Origin: Octopus sinensis
Lineage: Eukaryota
Length of the DNA stretch: 64,000 nucleotides
Direction of reading: 5' to 3'
NCBI RefSeq assembly: GCF_006345805.1
Contig: NC_043012.1
Location: 42,160,001 to 42,224,000, forward strand
The position numbers were made by a program, and so were the translations under genes. Every line of letters starts with the position of its first letter. Within the stretch, counting starts at the first letter, position 1. The notes under the pieces are model-generated. The model ran no database searches and was not told where the DNA came from. It saw only the letters and a program-made list of their open reading frames with translations. This document shows positions 51,090 through 64,000 of the stretch, one piece after another.

Positions 51090-53487
51090 GGTAGTCATGA
51101 TGGGTATACTGGGCTTCATATATTTTACCCCAGTGTCACTTTGATGGCATGCTCTGCTCGCTCACTCAATAATAATAATAATAATAATAAATTTGACAAA
51201 CTATACGCATAGGTCAATGTGTTGCAAATCTTTCTGGCTGGATTTTCATTTGTTATGTTTAGCATTAATTGGAAATTATGATAAATTGTGAGAAGTTAAA
51301 TACTTATTTCAAATTTAGGCCGGGAATTTTAAGAGGAGAGGATTGGTCGAGTGAATTTAGTAGACGGAAACTGTGTGGAAACCCATGTATATCTTTCAGT
51401 CTATCATATAAGAAATAAAATGTTATAGCCAGTCAATATTTACAATATCTCAATGAATAATGTTTGAAGTTACTTACGATAATCAAATTCCAATCATTGA
51501 TCAAAAACTGCAAGTGGCTGAATTAGAATATCATTCTTTCCAGAGAGGCAAAATTCGCACCTTCAGTAACGATTAATCTAGGAAGATGCGTTCAATGATA
51601 CTTAATTAATTTTACAACTGCTAAAAGTATCGTCTTTTAAACTCCAGATTTTTGTTGGTTGTGAAGTAGTAAGACGGGTTTCTAAGAGTTTGGATGTATA
51701 CAATTGATGCAAGAATCGTTTCCTCAATAGATTTATGAGCTACACAACTTTCTGTTTCACTGGCATTTACAGGGAAGGTCTTGGTTTAGCGAACAAATAC
51801 TTTAGTGAGATATGCACTGCTAAGGAGGCAGGTATTGTTGCAATAGCATAGAGGGGACTGGCTTTAGCGTGTTCGTACTGAAAATGTTTCTTCATTCAAT
51901 ACTAGCCATGAAAGTTCTTAAGATATTTAACATCTGCGTGGAAATGCTCGAAATTCTAGCAGCATTAGCATGAACATTGAAATTATAAGGTATCTTACAC
52001 CATATAATATTCTGTTTCATAATGTTGCGTTTATAAATAATTATAGATATTGATTAACATTAATATGAAATCTCTGTTTGAAGCCGTTTAATGTCTCATT
52101 TTAATAACGAACAGTAGCATTACAGAATTCTTCTAACTAGTGTTATCGAGTATTTAAGGATTATTGCACAGGTAGTTGAATAATTATAGTAATTATGTAA
52201 TTGGTTGGTCCACTACTGAAGATGTGTTCCTTTTAGATTAATGGTTACAGGAGATGCGATCCTTGTTCCGCGGAGAAATATAACATTGTATTTCAGCCTT
52301 TTGCAAATTGTTGAACAAAGCAACAGAATTATTGAATTTTGCAGTTATTTCCATCGTTATTTTCTAGAGAATTTCCAATCAATAACTTTGTAGAATATTC
52401 TATATTTTATATAATGGATTTACCATACACTGGACAATATTTTTACTTGTTTTCTCTTGAAGGAAACGGAAGTGGTCATGTTCTTAAAAATCGATATAAA
52501 CGAAAAAGAAATTCCTCACTAAAATATCATCAATGTTAGCTGCTTCTCTATCTTTTATAAAGAAGGCATAAAACTCTCAACGAACTCAAACTAACCTCAA
52601 AGGTGGGTATGATATAAACAAGAGACCTAACAGCAATTGTTTGAAAATCTCAAGGAAAGGGGTAGAGAAGTAAGAACCTATTTTACCGAAAATATCATTT
52701 TCATGCGCAGGAGAGAAATTCTTTTTTTCTGTTTTTTTTTCTTCTTTTGACAGGCAAGGTACAACTCTTAATTTAAATGAAGAGAAGTCCTAAGATATTC
52801 CACTTGTGTAGCTCCCTTCTTAATCCCCTTCCTTCATAACTAGATTTGTAATATAAAGACTATGGCCGTTGACATCCTAGGCCTGTGAATCCTATAAGTA
52901 AATGCAGAGTTTGCTTCGGATATGTTTCAGCCTCGTTAGAAATCTTCAGCGAGGTATGATCTTCTCAATCCTGATCGATAAGGGAACAGAACATAAATTT
53001 ATTTTTTCTTTTCATTTCTTTATTTTTTACTAGTATAAAAGCAGTTAAGGTCAGTTTTGGTAAGTAATTATTCTTATAATTACAAAATGTGAGCGAAAGG
53101 ATATAACTAAAATACATCGATATATTCAAGAACTGCGTGTTCAGATATCATCGGCTTTAATGTGTGTCATCCTTATGATGAATGCAGGACATTGTGATGA
53201 CGAGAAATGGGGGAAACCAATCAAACGTTTGCAGAAACAGAGAGACTGTTGTATTCAATCATTTCTGCATTTTTATTCTCTCATCTCTCGCTCAATTTAC
53301 TCTCCCTCTCTCTTTCTCTCTCTTTTTCTCGCTATACAACTACATAAAACACTCACACACACACACAAGCATACACACATATCTACTCTTTTACGTACTT
53401 TTACGTACATATGTACTCTTTTACGGGTTCCATCAGCCATTGGACTGCAAATGCGTTGGGACACCATATATATTAACATTGTGTATG

Positions 53488-53559
<72 letters not shown>

Positions 53560-53901
53560 AGTAGGTGAATGAATTATCCTATGTTTATCCCTCTCCACTT
53601 GTTCCCTACCTATTATTCCTTTAACCCTTCTCTTCCTACTATCTATCTTTGACGTCAATTCTTCTAACGGTTTTTAAAAAAAAAACACTCATTATCGCTT
53701 TGTTTACCATGTAGGCAGTCATCGAAATTTTTGTTTGTCTTGTTGTCGAGAGAGGCTCCCTTTCTTTCCTGATGAGAAGATTGCATAATGCACCCTTTAT
53801 TCCTTTGGAATGAAAACATGCTGTCTTCGAAACGTATGTCGAGAGTAAAGGAATTTTGTTAACATCTTCGTTCGACTCCATTCTTTCATTTATTTATATA
53901 T

Positions 53902-53968
<67 letters not shown>

Positions 53969-54171
53969 ATATATACATAAACATACATGCATATTATATA
54001 TATACATAAACATACATGCATATATATATATATACATATACATACATGCATATATACACACACGCACGCATACACGGAAACAAACAAATATATCATCACA
54101 TCTATCTAAATAGAATTATTTTTTCCCTTTAATTCTATGTAGCTATACTCTTTCTTCTTCTCCTTCTCTCT

Positions 54172-54208
<37 letters not shown>

Positions 54209-55286
54209 ATAGATATATGTGTGTGTGTGTATAAACACCTATCTCCTCATCTACATCCACGAACCAATCTTTCTCTCTCTTTGTCTCTTTCCTCTCCTCT
54301 TTCTCCTTTTCTCTCTTTCTCTCTCTCTCTTTCTCTCTTTCCTCCCCTCTCTTTCCTTCTCTCTCTTTCTTTCTAAATATAAATATGTGTGTGTGTATAA
54401 ACACCTATCTCCTCATCTACGTCCACGAATCAATCTCTTCTCTTTGTCTCTCTTTCCTCATCTCTCCCCTTCTCTCTCTCTCTCTCTCTTTTTCTTTCTC
54501 CGACTCTCTCTCTCTCTCTCTCATCTCCTAGCTCTCTCATCCATGAACCAAGCTCCGATGGCTCTAATAAATATTTAAATACCCTATCTACACAAATATA
54601 CATTTGGCAAACAGCCATCTTCAACGTTTCATCAATTTCAACGGCTTTTTCTTGGTTTTGTTTTCGTTTTGTTCTTCAAGAACAATACCACGTGACCACA
54701 ATCGAATAATCTTCTCGCCTCATCAGCTGACTGCTTTACTTACGTATTGTTTCTCTTGTTGTTTTCATTTTTGTCCTTTTTTTTCTTTACGAGATTTTTT
54801 TGTTCTTTACGATATATTCTTTGTGTTGTGGTCGATATTGTTGTTGCTGATTGTGGTGTTGGTGATGGTGGAGGTGGTGCTCTTGTTGTTGATGGTGGTC
54901 GTGGTGGTGGTGGTGCTGCTGCTGCTGCTGCTGTTGGTGGTGGTGCTGCTGCTGGTGTAGGTGGTGATGGTAGTAGTGGTTGGGTTGTTGTTGCTGTTGA
55001 TGGTTGTGGTGCTGGTATCTTTAGGCCAACTCGAATCTTTTCTGTCTGGCTGAACACGTGGAAGTTTCAAAGTTTAGTAAAAAATTTTAAATTTGGTGTA
55101 TTGAGGTAATTCTCCACGCTGAATCTCGGCAGATATTTCACTTTTGCCAGAAATTTTTTAAAAGAACTTTATAGAGGTTTAAAGTTTGATCATTTTTACT
55201 CAATCAGAAAACAGGATTTGCAAGCTGTCATTTTGTGCATGACTGCACGTATTGTCAACCGCAAGCCAATGAAATAGTCTTTTCTA

Positions 55287-55481
55287 TTCTAGGCACAAGG
55301 CTCGAAATTTGGGGGGAGGGGCCAGTCGATTACATCGACCCCAGTTCGCAACTGGTACTTAATTTATCGACCCCGAAAGGATGAAAGGCAAAGTCGACCT
55401 CGGCGGAATTTGAACTCAGAACGTAATGGCAGACGAAATACCGCTTAGTATTTTGCCCGGCGTTTCTGCCAGCTCGCCGCT
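55287..55481 (-). mobile_element. tRNA-derived SINE (family B)
   Basis: Reverse complement of the family-B head and body (GCGGCGAGCTGGCAGAAACG...GAGTTCAAATTCCGCCGAGGTCGAC). Confidence 0.85.
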
Positions 55482-58244
55482 TTAAACAAATGAAATATTG
55501 ACGGAATTCTGCTTTGCGCATGTCATATAACCGCTCATATATGTTTTTTTTTGGTGGGGGGGAATTTCAGAAAATTTTGCGTATTTGTATTCTACAAACG
55601 CGAATTCATACGATTATGTAAAAACCAATGCAAAAAAAATTGGGGCTACGCAATTTAAGGCCTATTTAGTCGTTGTTTTTAGCACATCTCATGACCACCT
55701 CAATGAGTAAAATATATTTGTCAACACGTGCTTTCTCGCAGACAAAAGAGTTCTCATGCTTGGTTTGTTATATGGAAACAGGTGTGAATGTGTTTGTGGC
55801 TTACGATTGGCTAAAATTACCCAAAATTTGCGAACTTTAAAAGCTGTCAACTCTTTATTTATTGATTTATGGCGAAAAGGAATTTTATGTCAGTGATTAG
55901 CATACAAAATTGATCATTACACCAAATATGAAATTAATTGGAACAGAAATTGAAGAAATTAAAAAGTGGCAACCGCCAGCTCTGTTTGAAAAGACTTATC
56001 TTGAATCACAGATGCTCCCAACCGCGACCGTCCCTGTTCAAATTGGCATTACTTTTATTTACTTTTTTGTCTTTTTTTTTTGTCTTGTAAAACAATAAGA
56101 TTTGGTTTAAGATGAAAATTAATTTACCTGTTATTTTCAGCAGACAATTTTCTTTGCAATCTAAAATATTGTTTAATAAATTCGGGAAAAGTGAGATTAG
56201 AAGGGTTATGAAAATGTTTTAAACTTCATCATTTTTTAACATTGAACAATCCACTTCCCTGCTGTTGTGCGATAATTGTGTATCAGTCATGAGTTCATTT
56301 TATGGGCGCAGGCATGGCTATGTGGTTCAGAAATGTACTCAAGTTTGGTTCCAATGCCTGGCAAACCTCAGACTGACCAACGTCTTTTGAATGAAATAAG
56401 TATAAAAAGCCTGTTGTATGTATATAAATATGCGTATATGTTTGTCTCTGTATGTGCCTTTAGTCTGCCATCGCTTGAAAACAAAATGTTTTATTCTTCG
56501 TTACTTAACACTGCGAGAAATAAAGTTCGCCAAGATAAGTACGAGACTTAAAAATAAGTTTTGTGGTTTGTACGACAGACAGAAACACTTCAAGGCAATT
56601 TCTCAGCTTCACTGATCAAAACAAATGAAAAGATAACAGATTAAAGGATTCAGTTATATGGATAATAAACCATCTTTGTAAAGTCATGTAGTTCTCTAGA
56701 GTTCTGAATGTCAAAATCTTTTTTAGGAAAATCATCAGAATACGCTCAAGGTTACGAGTTCTCTCAATATCATTATGCTTACTAAGAAAAGCAGTAATAT
56801 TTTACGATAATCCGTTCTGGTAAACGTAGTAGCCAAGTATTGTTTGATGTAATCATGGGCGCAAAGGAAGGGGCTGAGGTTTGTGAATTAATAGTATTTT
56901 AGATAGACTTATTTTGGAAGAGATTTTGCTACACAGAATTCTATCTGTGCTGTTATGACCAACTGTTCGTCGTAAGAACTGTGGAATGGTTATACAATGA
57001 ATGTTATTACAAAGTAGCTGATCAACGCATTCAAAGAGCTGAAAGGTCACGGTAAATATGAGTCTAAGTACCGTTAATTTCTTAAGTATAATTCTAGATT
57101 TAGAAATCGATATATACTTCCACAATAGTCAATTTAACGATATATATAGCTGTATATCAAAATAAATTCCAACCATTCACGAACAAACTTTAAAAACTTG
57201 ATCAATAATATTAGTAAGTACATATCTAGATTATTCTTGGACGAGGATTCATTTAAATGTGTTGCCCATTATTACAGTGGTGCATTAAAGACAACAGCTT
57301 TACATTAAATGCTGAACGATATTAATAGCAAAACAAACGCAAAAAAGTAAAAGAAATATTCTATGGTAAAATCCTCAATATAGTTTCAATGTTTGTTCCA
57401 ATGCTACCAGTATTTTCCTAAACCTTATAAATAAGCTTTTACTACGGATATTGTAAAATATTTGATAGAAATATTGTTAGCACTAAACTTTTCGTTGCTT
57501 CCATACCCCGTATAAACAGAAGCAAACTTACCAATACTAGCACGTCGATTTCTTTTTCTCTATGTCTTTCAAAAAACCAAATTTCTGATCTCTTTTCTGC
57601 ATGTCTTTTTTACTCATTAATTTATCGAGTTGTCTTGAAAACAAGAGAAACAAAAATCTTTGTAGACCTCATTGAAAATCCTTTTAAAAACATCTTTTTA
57701 CATATATATACATTCAGACAGAGGGAAAGACACTTCACCACCCCTCCTTGGTAAATATATATATATGGAGGAGATAAAACTAACAATTATAAAATTGATT
57801 TGTCCGTAGTTAAGGCGTAATCGATATCTCTCAGAGAATAACATCTTACTTCATCTTTTTGCAACTCTGAAAAGAAGGTCGAAATTGTTATATTCTTCCA
57901 GATACTTCTATATATTTACTGAGAAATGTCTAAATGTTAAATGGTTAAAATATTCTATATTTCCTATGTAATGGTATTGCCACATCATGAAACATAGCCC
58001 TATATTGAACAAAACATCCATTTATTCATCGACACCAGTCCTACATTAACATTAGCTACCTTCTTTGCTTAATGTGTTTTGTACATATGATACTGAAAAC
58101 GCGATATTACTTTGTGATTGTGAATATATGTCAAATTTTCTGCAAAAGACAATAGAATAGACGAGCATGTGGCGTATCTGCTGATGTTTTCCATGTAGCA
58201 CACACACACACACACACACACGTACATACATACACACATACACA

Positions 58245-58288
<44 letters not shown>

Positions 58289-58365
58289 CACACACGCACA
58301 CACACATGCGTGTGTGCCTATACATACTATATTATATTATATATATTATATATTTATGTATATAT

Positions 58366-58402
<37 letters not shown>

Positions 58403-58403
<1 letters not shown>

Positions 58404-58690
58404 GCGTATGGATCACTGGTTAGGATGTTGCACTCTCGATCTCGAGGTCGTGATTTCAATTCCTAGACCGAGTGGTGCGTGGTGTTCTTGACCAAAACAC
58501 TTCAATTCTATGATCACATCGACACCTGACGCGCGGCACACAGTGTAGCTGTTCAGACATCGTCGATTTGATGGAGGGAGGGAGCTGATATGCGGCACGA
58601 ACATTTGAGACCACCATAAACAACTCATTTGTGCAGGTCATTCGGCAAAAGCAGAATGCTCATACGTCGTCTTCGACTGGAGAGTCCATC
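58403..58690 (+). mobile_element. tRNA-derived SINE (family C), diverged
   Basis: GGCGTATGGATCACTGGTTAGG (A box) ...GATTTCAATTCC (B box), then TGTTCTTGACCAAAACACTT core. Confidence 0.65.
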
Positions 58691-58710
58691 GTGTGTGTGT
58701 GTGTGTGTGT

Positions 58711-58762
<52 letters not shown>

Positions 58763-59865
58763 CGTGTGTGTGTATTTATGTAAGTGTGTATCGATAGGTG
58801 GAGTAATTGATTAATTGATTGATTGATTGACACACATATACACCCTTCACTCGACCAGCTTCATTGTTTCCCCCCTGTTTTGAAAACACGAAGCTGTAAC
58901 AAAGAAAAATGACCAAGATGTGTGCTGTCATCGAACTTGGAAACTAGATGGTTCCAACGCAATGTTCTTCCCCACACAGCCGCAGCAGCACCTATTTGTG
59001 TAAGTATGTGTGTACTTTATGACGTGAAACTGACAGTGTGGCTATGGCTTCGATGTTGGATGGAACGCTTTTGTGGTTTTTGTTTCAGCTGTCTGCATTC
59101 TGAGTTAAAATTCCACCTTGTCAACTTTGTCATTCTTGCTTTCGGGGTCTATAAGTAAAGTAGCAATCTAGGTGTTATAGAGGTGATTTCAGAGCTTCGA
59201 AAGAGACGCCCTGCAGTATCTGTCCATTCCGAATTCAAATTTCGCCTGTCACCACCAAGTCCTTAAGCTAGTGCATGTATGTGTATGGATATAGGTATAG
59301 ATATATCATTTTCGAAGGGTTAATAATAGACTTGGAGTCATTGCAAAATATAGGGTTCAAGATACATAGAGGACCGAGAAGAAATATTATTAAAAAATTT
59401 AAATTCCAAATGATTCGGGACAAACAGCAATTTGCTTTTGATCTGATGAACTTAAACTATTTCATCAATAAGGTAAACTAGATGGGTGCGTGAGAATGGG
59501 GAATGAGTGAGGGGGTGGGGACATAAGTAAAAGGAAACAAAGAGTCGACATTTAAACATAGAAAAAAGTTCTCAGTCACAGAGGAAGGTCTCCACAGGAA
59601 GAAAACGAGAAGTACCACAAAAACTCAACACCCGGCGTAAAATACGGAGATGTGCTGCAAAATGAAAACAAGAAACACGAAAAGTGACAGATTTATGAGT
59701 GTAGGTAAAAGAATAGCAAAACAAAACACAAACAAAAAAAGGCGAAATGAAACACAAAATGAAAATAAATCAAGGTTTTGAAGCAGAAAGTCTAAGAATT
59801 ACTGAGAAGAGACAAAAGGAGAAGGCAAAATAAAGGCCGTCATCTTTGACAGGTACTACTCCAGT

Positions 59866-59896
<31 letters not shown>

Positions 59897-60049
59897 TACA
59901 TAATACATATATATGACACACACACACACATACACATATACACAAATAATGACGAACATAATTTAAGAAGAATATTTGAATATATACAACATTGTTCTCA
60001 TTCTTTCTTACTCTCCATGCATCATGCATAGTAACACACACACACACAC

Positions 60050-60232
60050 AATCTCACAGGGAAAATAGCTCCGAGGAAGCTATAGTATGTTGCACAAGCA
60101 CTGATCTAAGAGTGTAAGGCGAAATGAAGTGTTTTGCTGAAGGACATAACGCATCGCTTGGACCAAGAATCGAAGTCTCAATCTTATCAAAAGCGAAACC
60201 CTTTAACCACGCCGACCCGTGCCTCCAGCATA
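60050..60232 (-). mobile_element. tRNA-derived SINE (family C), diverged
   Basis: The minus strand reads GGAGGCACGGGTCGGCGTGGTTAAAG...ACTTCGATTC...TGTCCTTCAGCAAAACACTT. Confidence 0.55.
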
Positions 60233-60289
60233 TGAACATACATACATACATACATACATACATACATACATACACACACACATAGTGGC

Positions 60290-60835
60290 TGGCCCTCGTT
60301 ATCGGGTATGGCCATTGCGCGAAGCTTAATCAATGTTGTTATCGTGCAATGCCTATGCAAGAAGATTTTTTTAAAGTGAGGAAAGGCCGTGCACCGAGTC
60401 AATCCCACTCACTAAGCAACAGCAGCCATAATCCGAAAAGAAGAACAAGTCAACATCATCGGTAACCACTGAGCCGCAGGTTTTATGTCGGAGTTATCTC
60501 AGTTACCTGAGTTACCTTCTCCTAGAAGGATGCCCTAACAAAGGCTAGGAGTCCTTCACTCCCAATGGTTTAACCGCGCGATCGGATATTCAGTCCGATT
60601 ATTTCTATGTCCCCGCGCATGATACAGCCTTAAGACATTTATTGGATGGCCATTGACTCTCTAGAGTTCCTCCGCCCTTTGGCGGGTTTTGTTTTTCATC
60701 CCGCAGGGTGTCCAATAAACACCCTCCTCACCAAGCAAGCTTGGTGGGGTTGCCGGTTTAGTCGACGACGACCCGACCATGGAACAGGTTGTACTGTGTT
60801 ACATGTTACCAGTAGCACTCGAAAGTGACCTGACA
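60290..60835 (-). mobile_element. GC-rich, hairpin-rich element resembling an RTE-clade LINE 5' UTR
   Basis: The minus strand contains CTAGGAGAAGGTAACTC, recalled from RTE 5' UTRs, and several short hairpins. It is bounded by (TACA)n. Confidence 0.4.
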
Positions 60836-61130
60836 TACATACATACATACATACATACATACATACATACATACATACATACATACATACATGCATGCAT
60901 ACATACATACATACGTACATACATACATACATGCATGCATACGTACATACATACATACATACATACATACATACATACATACACACTCATACATACATAC
61001 ACACACATACATACATACATACATACATACATACATACATACATACATACATACATACGTTCGTACGTAACTACGTACATTCATACATACATACATACAT
61101 ACATACATACATACATACATACGTGCATAC

Positions 61131-61468
61131 ATACATAAACATGAGTATACAGCATGCCTCCGGTTTAAGAATAGATAACCAGTGAGTTGTGAGCTCTTCT
61201 TGCCTTTTCCTTACTCTATCGCTTTCTACTCTGACTAAGCACAAACTGTGCGTGTGTGTGTGTGTGTGTGTGCGAGTCACGGGGTTATTACGTAATCATG
61301 TGTGGTAGGACACCACCAGCAAAACTAATAAAAGACAGTAACACAACCATTCATATTTTCTCCATCATCCCCATCTCAAGCAGTTTCATGTATACCACTG
61401 GCAGCACTGAAAATCGATAAAATACCACATGTATATACCATCCTTGCTACGTCTCCCCCCTCTCTCTC

Positions 61469-61501
<33 letters not shown>

Positions 61502-61752
61502 TCTCTCTCTCCCTCTCTCTCTAATACACACGCGCAAGCGGGTGTTGGAAAGTTCCTGGCTTTTGATTAAGGAAAATACATGGGGATCAGTTAATTATGA
61601 TTTTATTTAACATATTCCCCTCTCACATTCACACACTTATTGCAGCCGTCCTTCAGTTTTTCTATGCCCCACAAAAGAACTCGAAAAATTTATGCCTCCA
61701 GCCAGACCTTTCGCAACACCCTTAAAATCAGGAACTTTTCAGCACCCCTTCG

Positions 61753-61786
<34 letters not shown>

Positions 61787-61818
61787 CCTACACACACGTA
61801 CACACACACATATATACT

Positions 61819-61858
<40 letters not shown>

Positions 61859-62272
61859 CCTACACACACGTACACACACACATATATACTCACACACACA
61901 CAACACACATATATATACCTACACACACGTACACACACACACATATACTCACACACACACATACACATATATATACCTACACACACGTACACACACACAC
62001 ATATACTCAAACACACACACACACACACATATACTCACACACACACATACACATATATATACCTACACACACGTACACACACACATATATATATACCTAC
62101 ACACACGTACACACACACATATATACTCACACACACACACACTTATACATACATACATACATAAACATGAGTATACAGCATGCCTCCGGTTTAAGAATAG
62201 ATAACCAGTGAGTTGTGAGCTCTTCTTGCCTTTTCCTTACTCTATCGCTTTCTACTCTGACTAAGCACAAAC

Positions 62273-62309
<37 letters not shown>

Positions 62310-62513
62310 CACGGGGTTATTACGTAATCATGTGTGGTAGGACACCACCAGCAAAACTAATAAAAGACAGTAACACAACCATTCATATTTTCTCCATCAT
62401 CCCCATCTCAAGCAGTTTCATGTATACCACTGGCAGCACTGAAAATCGATAAAATACCACATGTATATACCATCCTTGCTACGTCTCCCCCCTCTCTCTC
62501 TCTCTCTCTCTCC

Positions 62514-62549
<36 letters not shown>

Positions 62550-62790
62550 CCTCTCTCTCTAATACACACGCGCAAGCGGGTGTTGGAAAGTTCCTGGCTT
62601 TTGATTAAGGAAAATACATGGGGATCAGTTAATTATGATTTTATTTAACATATTCCCCTCTCACATTCACACACTTATTGCAGCCGTCCTTCAGTTTTTC
62701 TATGCCCCACAAAAGAACTCGAAAAATTTATGCCTCCAGCCAGACCTTTCGCAACACCCTTAAAATCAGGAACTTTTCAGCACCCCTTCG

Positions 62791-62822
<32 letters not shown>

Positions 62823-63075
62823 CCTACACACACGTACACACACACATATATACTCACACACACACACACACCACACACACACATATATATATATACCTAC
62901 ACACACGTACACACACACATATATACTCACACACACACACACATATATATATACCTACACACACGTACACACACACACATACACATATATATACCTACAC
63001 ACACGTACACATACACATATATATACCTACACACACGTACACACACACACATATACTCAAACACACACACACACT
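61131..63075. repeat. Tandem duplication, ~1026-bp unit x2
   Basis: CATGAGTATACAGCATGCC at 61140 and 62166. The non-microsatellite parts are apparently identical, and each unit carries a mariner-type MITE and a CA/TA minisatellite. Confidence 0.9.
61534..61753. mobile_element. mariner-type MITE (second copy at ~62571-62790)
   Basis: Imperfect TIRs AAGCGGGTGTTGGAAAGTTCCTGGCTTTT / AAAATCAGGAACTTTTCAGCACCCCTT, ~220 bp, with no ORF. Confidence 0.7.
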
Positions 63076-64000
63076 TATACATACATACATACATACATAC
63101 ATACATACATACATACATACATACATACATAATACATACATACATACATATGTGCATATATATGCCTGCGTGTAAATATGTGAAGACGTGCAAGCATTCA
63201 ATTTATAATGCGTGTAGTATGAAAATCTTATAACACCATACAAGTGTCCAATGATTATTGAATCACATAAATAAGATGTTCACTTCTACTTTTCTGTCTC
63301 TGTCTTTTTTTTTTATTATTTGTTTCTTTCTTTCTCTGACACTTTTCTCTAAATTTAACATTCAGAAGTTATGGTTTATTCAAGGAAATATACGAAGCAA
63401 GCAGCAAGCATCCAGCAAGCATCTAGCAAGCATCCAGCAACAATCTTGCAGTGGCGACCAGCTATATAGCTAGTTGACAACTTAACTGAGAGATGGACAG
63501 TTCATTGTGCTTTGTAGTATCCGAAGAATGAGGAAGTGAGCAGAATCAGCGGTGCTGGTGCAGACATAAACCTGATTCAGTGTTTAGAGCAAAAAGAAAC
63601 ATACAGGAACTGTTGAGACGAGAACGAATCGAAATAGATATCGTCCGCTACCTTAGATAATTTTGTGGAAATATTACTGAACCTCTTCGCCATCACCACA
63701 CACTATCATATATCTGTTTCTTATATCTGTTTCTCTACCTACCTATACACATACACACACGCATACACGCGCCGCGCACAAAGAGAGCAACAGAGAGAAA
63801 GTGGAAACTACTCAGAGACGAGTTAAAAATAATCAACCACCCTATAAAAAAAAAATAAGATTAAAAAATCAAGATATATTATAGATAATACGAGATGGCA
63901 TCTAAGGAATCGTTGACAAACACCTGGGATGAAGGAGGAAAGACTCCATTTTGGGAAAAATCCCCGGGAAACAACCGAGTTCGGGACACTTTTCAACAAC

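Noticed and set aside
51200-53150. AT-rich non-microsatellite block, possibly an ancient LINE ORF1 on the minus strand
   Set aside because: It is riddled with stops and no motif was clear enough to support a call.
54604-55109. Overlapping Gly/Ala/Thr/Pro-rich ORFs
   Set aside because: They derive from mixed (GGT)/(GCT)/(GTT) trinucleotide repeats.
3234-63243. Numerous YI-, CV-, HT- and MYVC-repeat ORFs
   Set aside because: They are translations of (TA)n, (CA)n and (TACA)n tracts with no coding signal.

Overview
This is eukaryotic, AT- and microsatellite-rich genomic DNA with no recognisable host protein-coding exon, rRNA, true tRNA or CRISPR array. The SINE families and microsatellite density are most consistent with an octopus (coleoid cephalopod) genome; this is an inference from recalled repeat families. 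The window is a transposon graveyard. It contains (i) a near-complete 6.1-kb Helitron (19635-25765, minus) whose frameshifted Rep/helicase has nine 23-aa STPR-like repeats, plus non-autonomous Helitrons; (ii) a 4.8-kb hAT (ZMYM1-like) transposon with 8-bp TSDs (26048-30843) interrupted by an LTR-like insert; (iii) a decayed Penelope-like element (RT + GIY-YIG, 14341-16920); (iv) an L1/Tx1 fragment, an RTE fragment and two R4/Dong-type RLE LINEs sitting in (AAT)n; and (v) mariner/Tc1 remnants and many tRNA-derived SINEs. The most striking unexplained pattern is a set of at least six fold-back (inverted-repeat) elements, several carrying minimal type-I hammerhead ribozyme motifs with a palindromic helix III. 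One is built from a ~354-bp hammerhead-containing monomer, has a 12-bp target-site duplication, and its empty site is present 4 kb downstream. In a sister copy the ribozyme position is occupied by a 3.2-kb L1/Tx1 fragment. Together these suggest a Penelope-driven, retrozyme-like system. All ribozyme activity and mechanism statements are inference.
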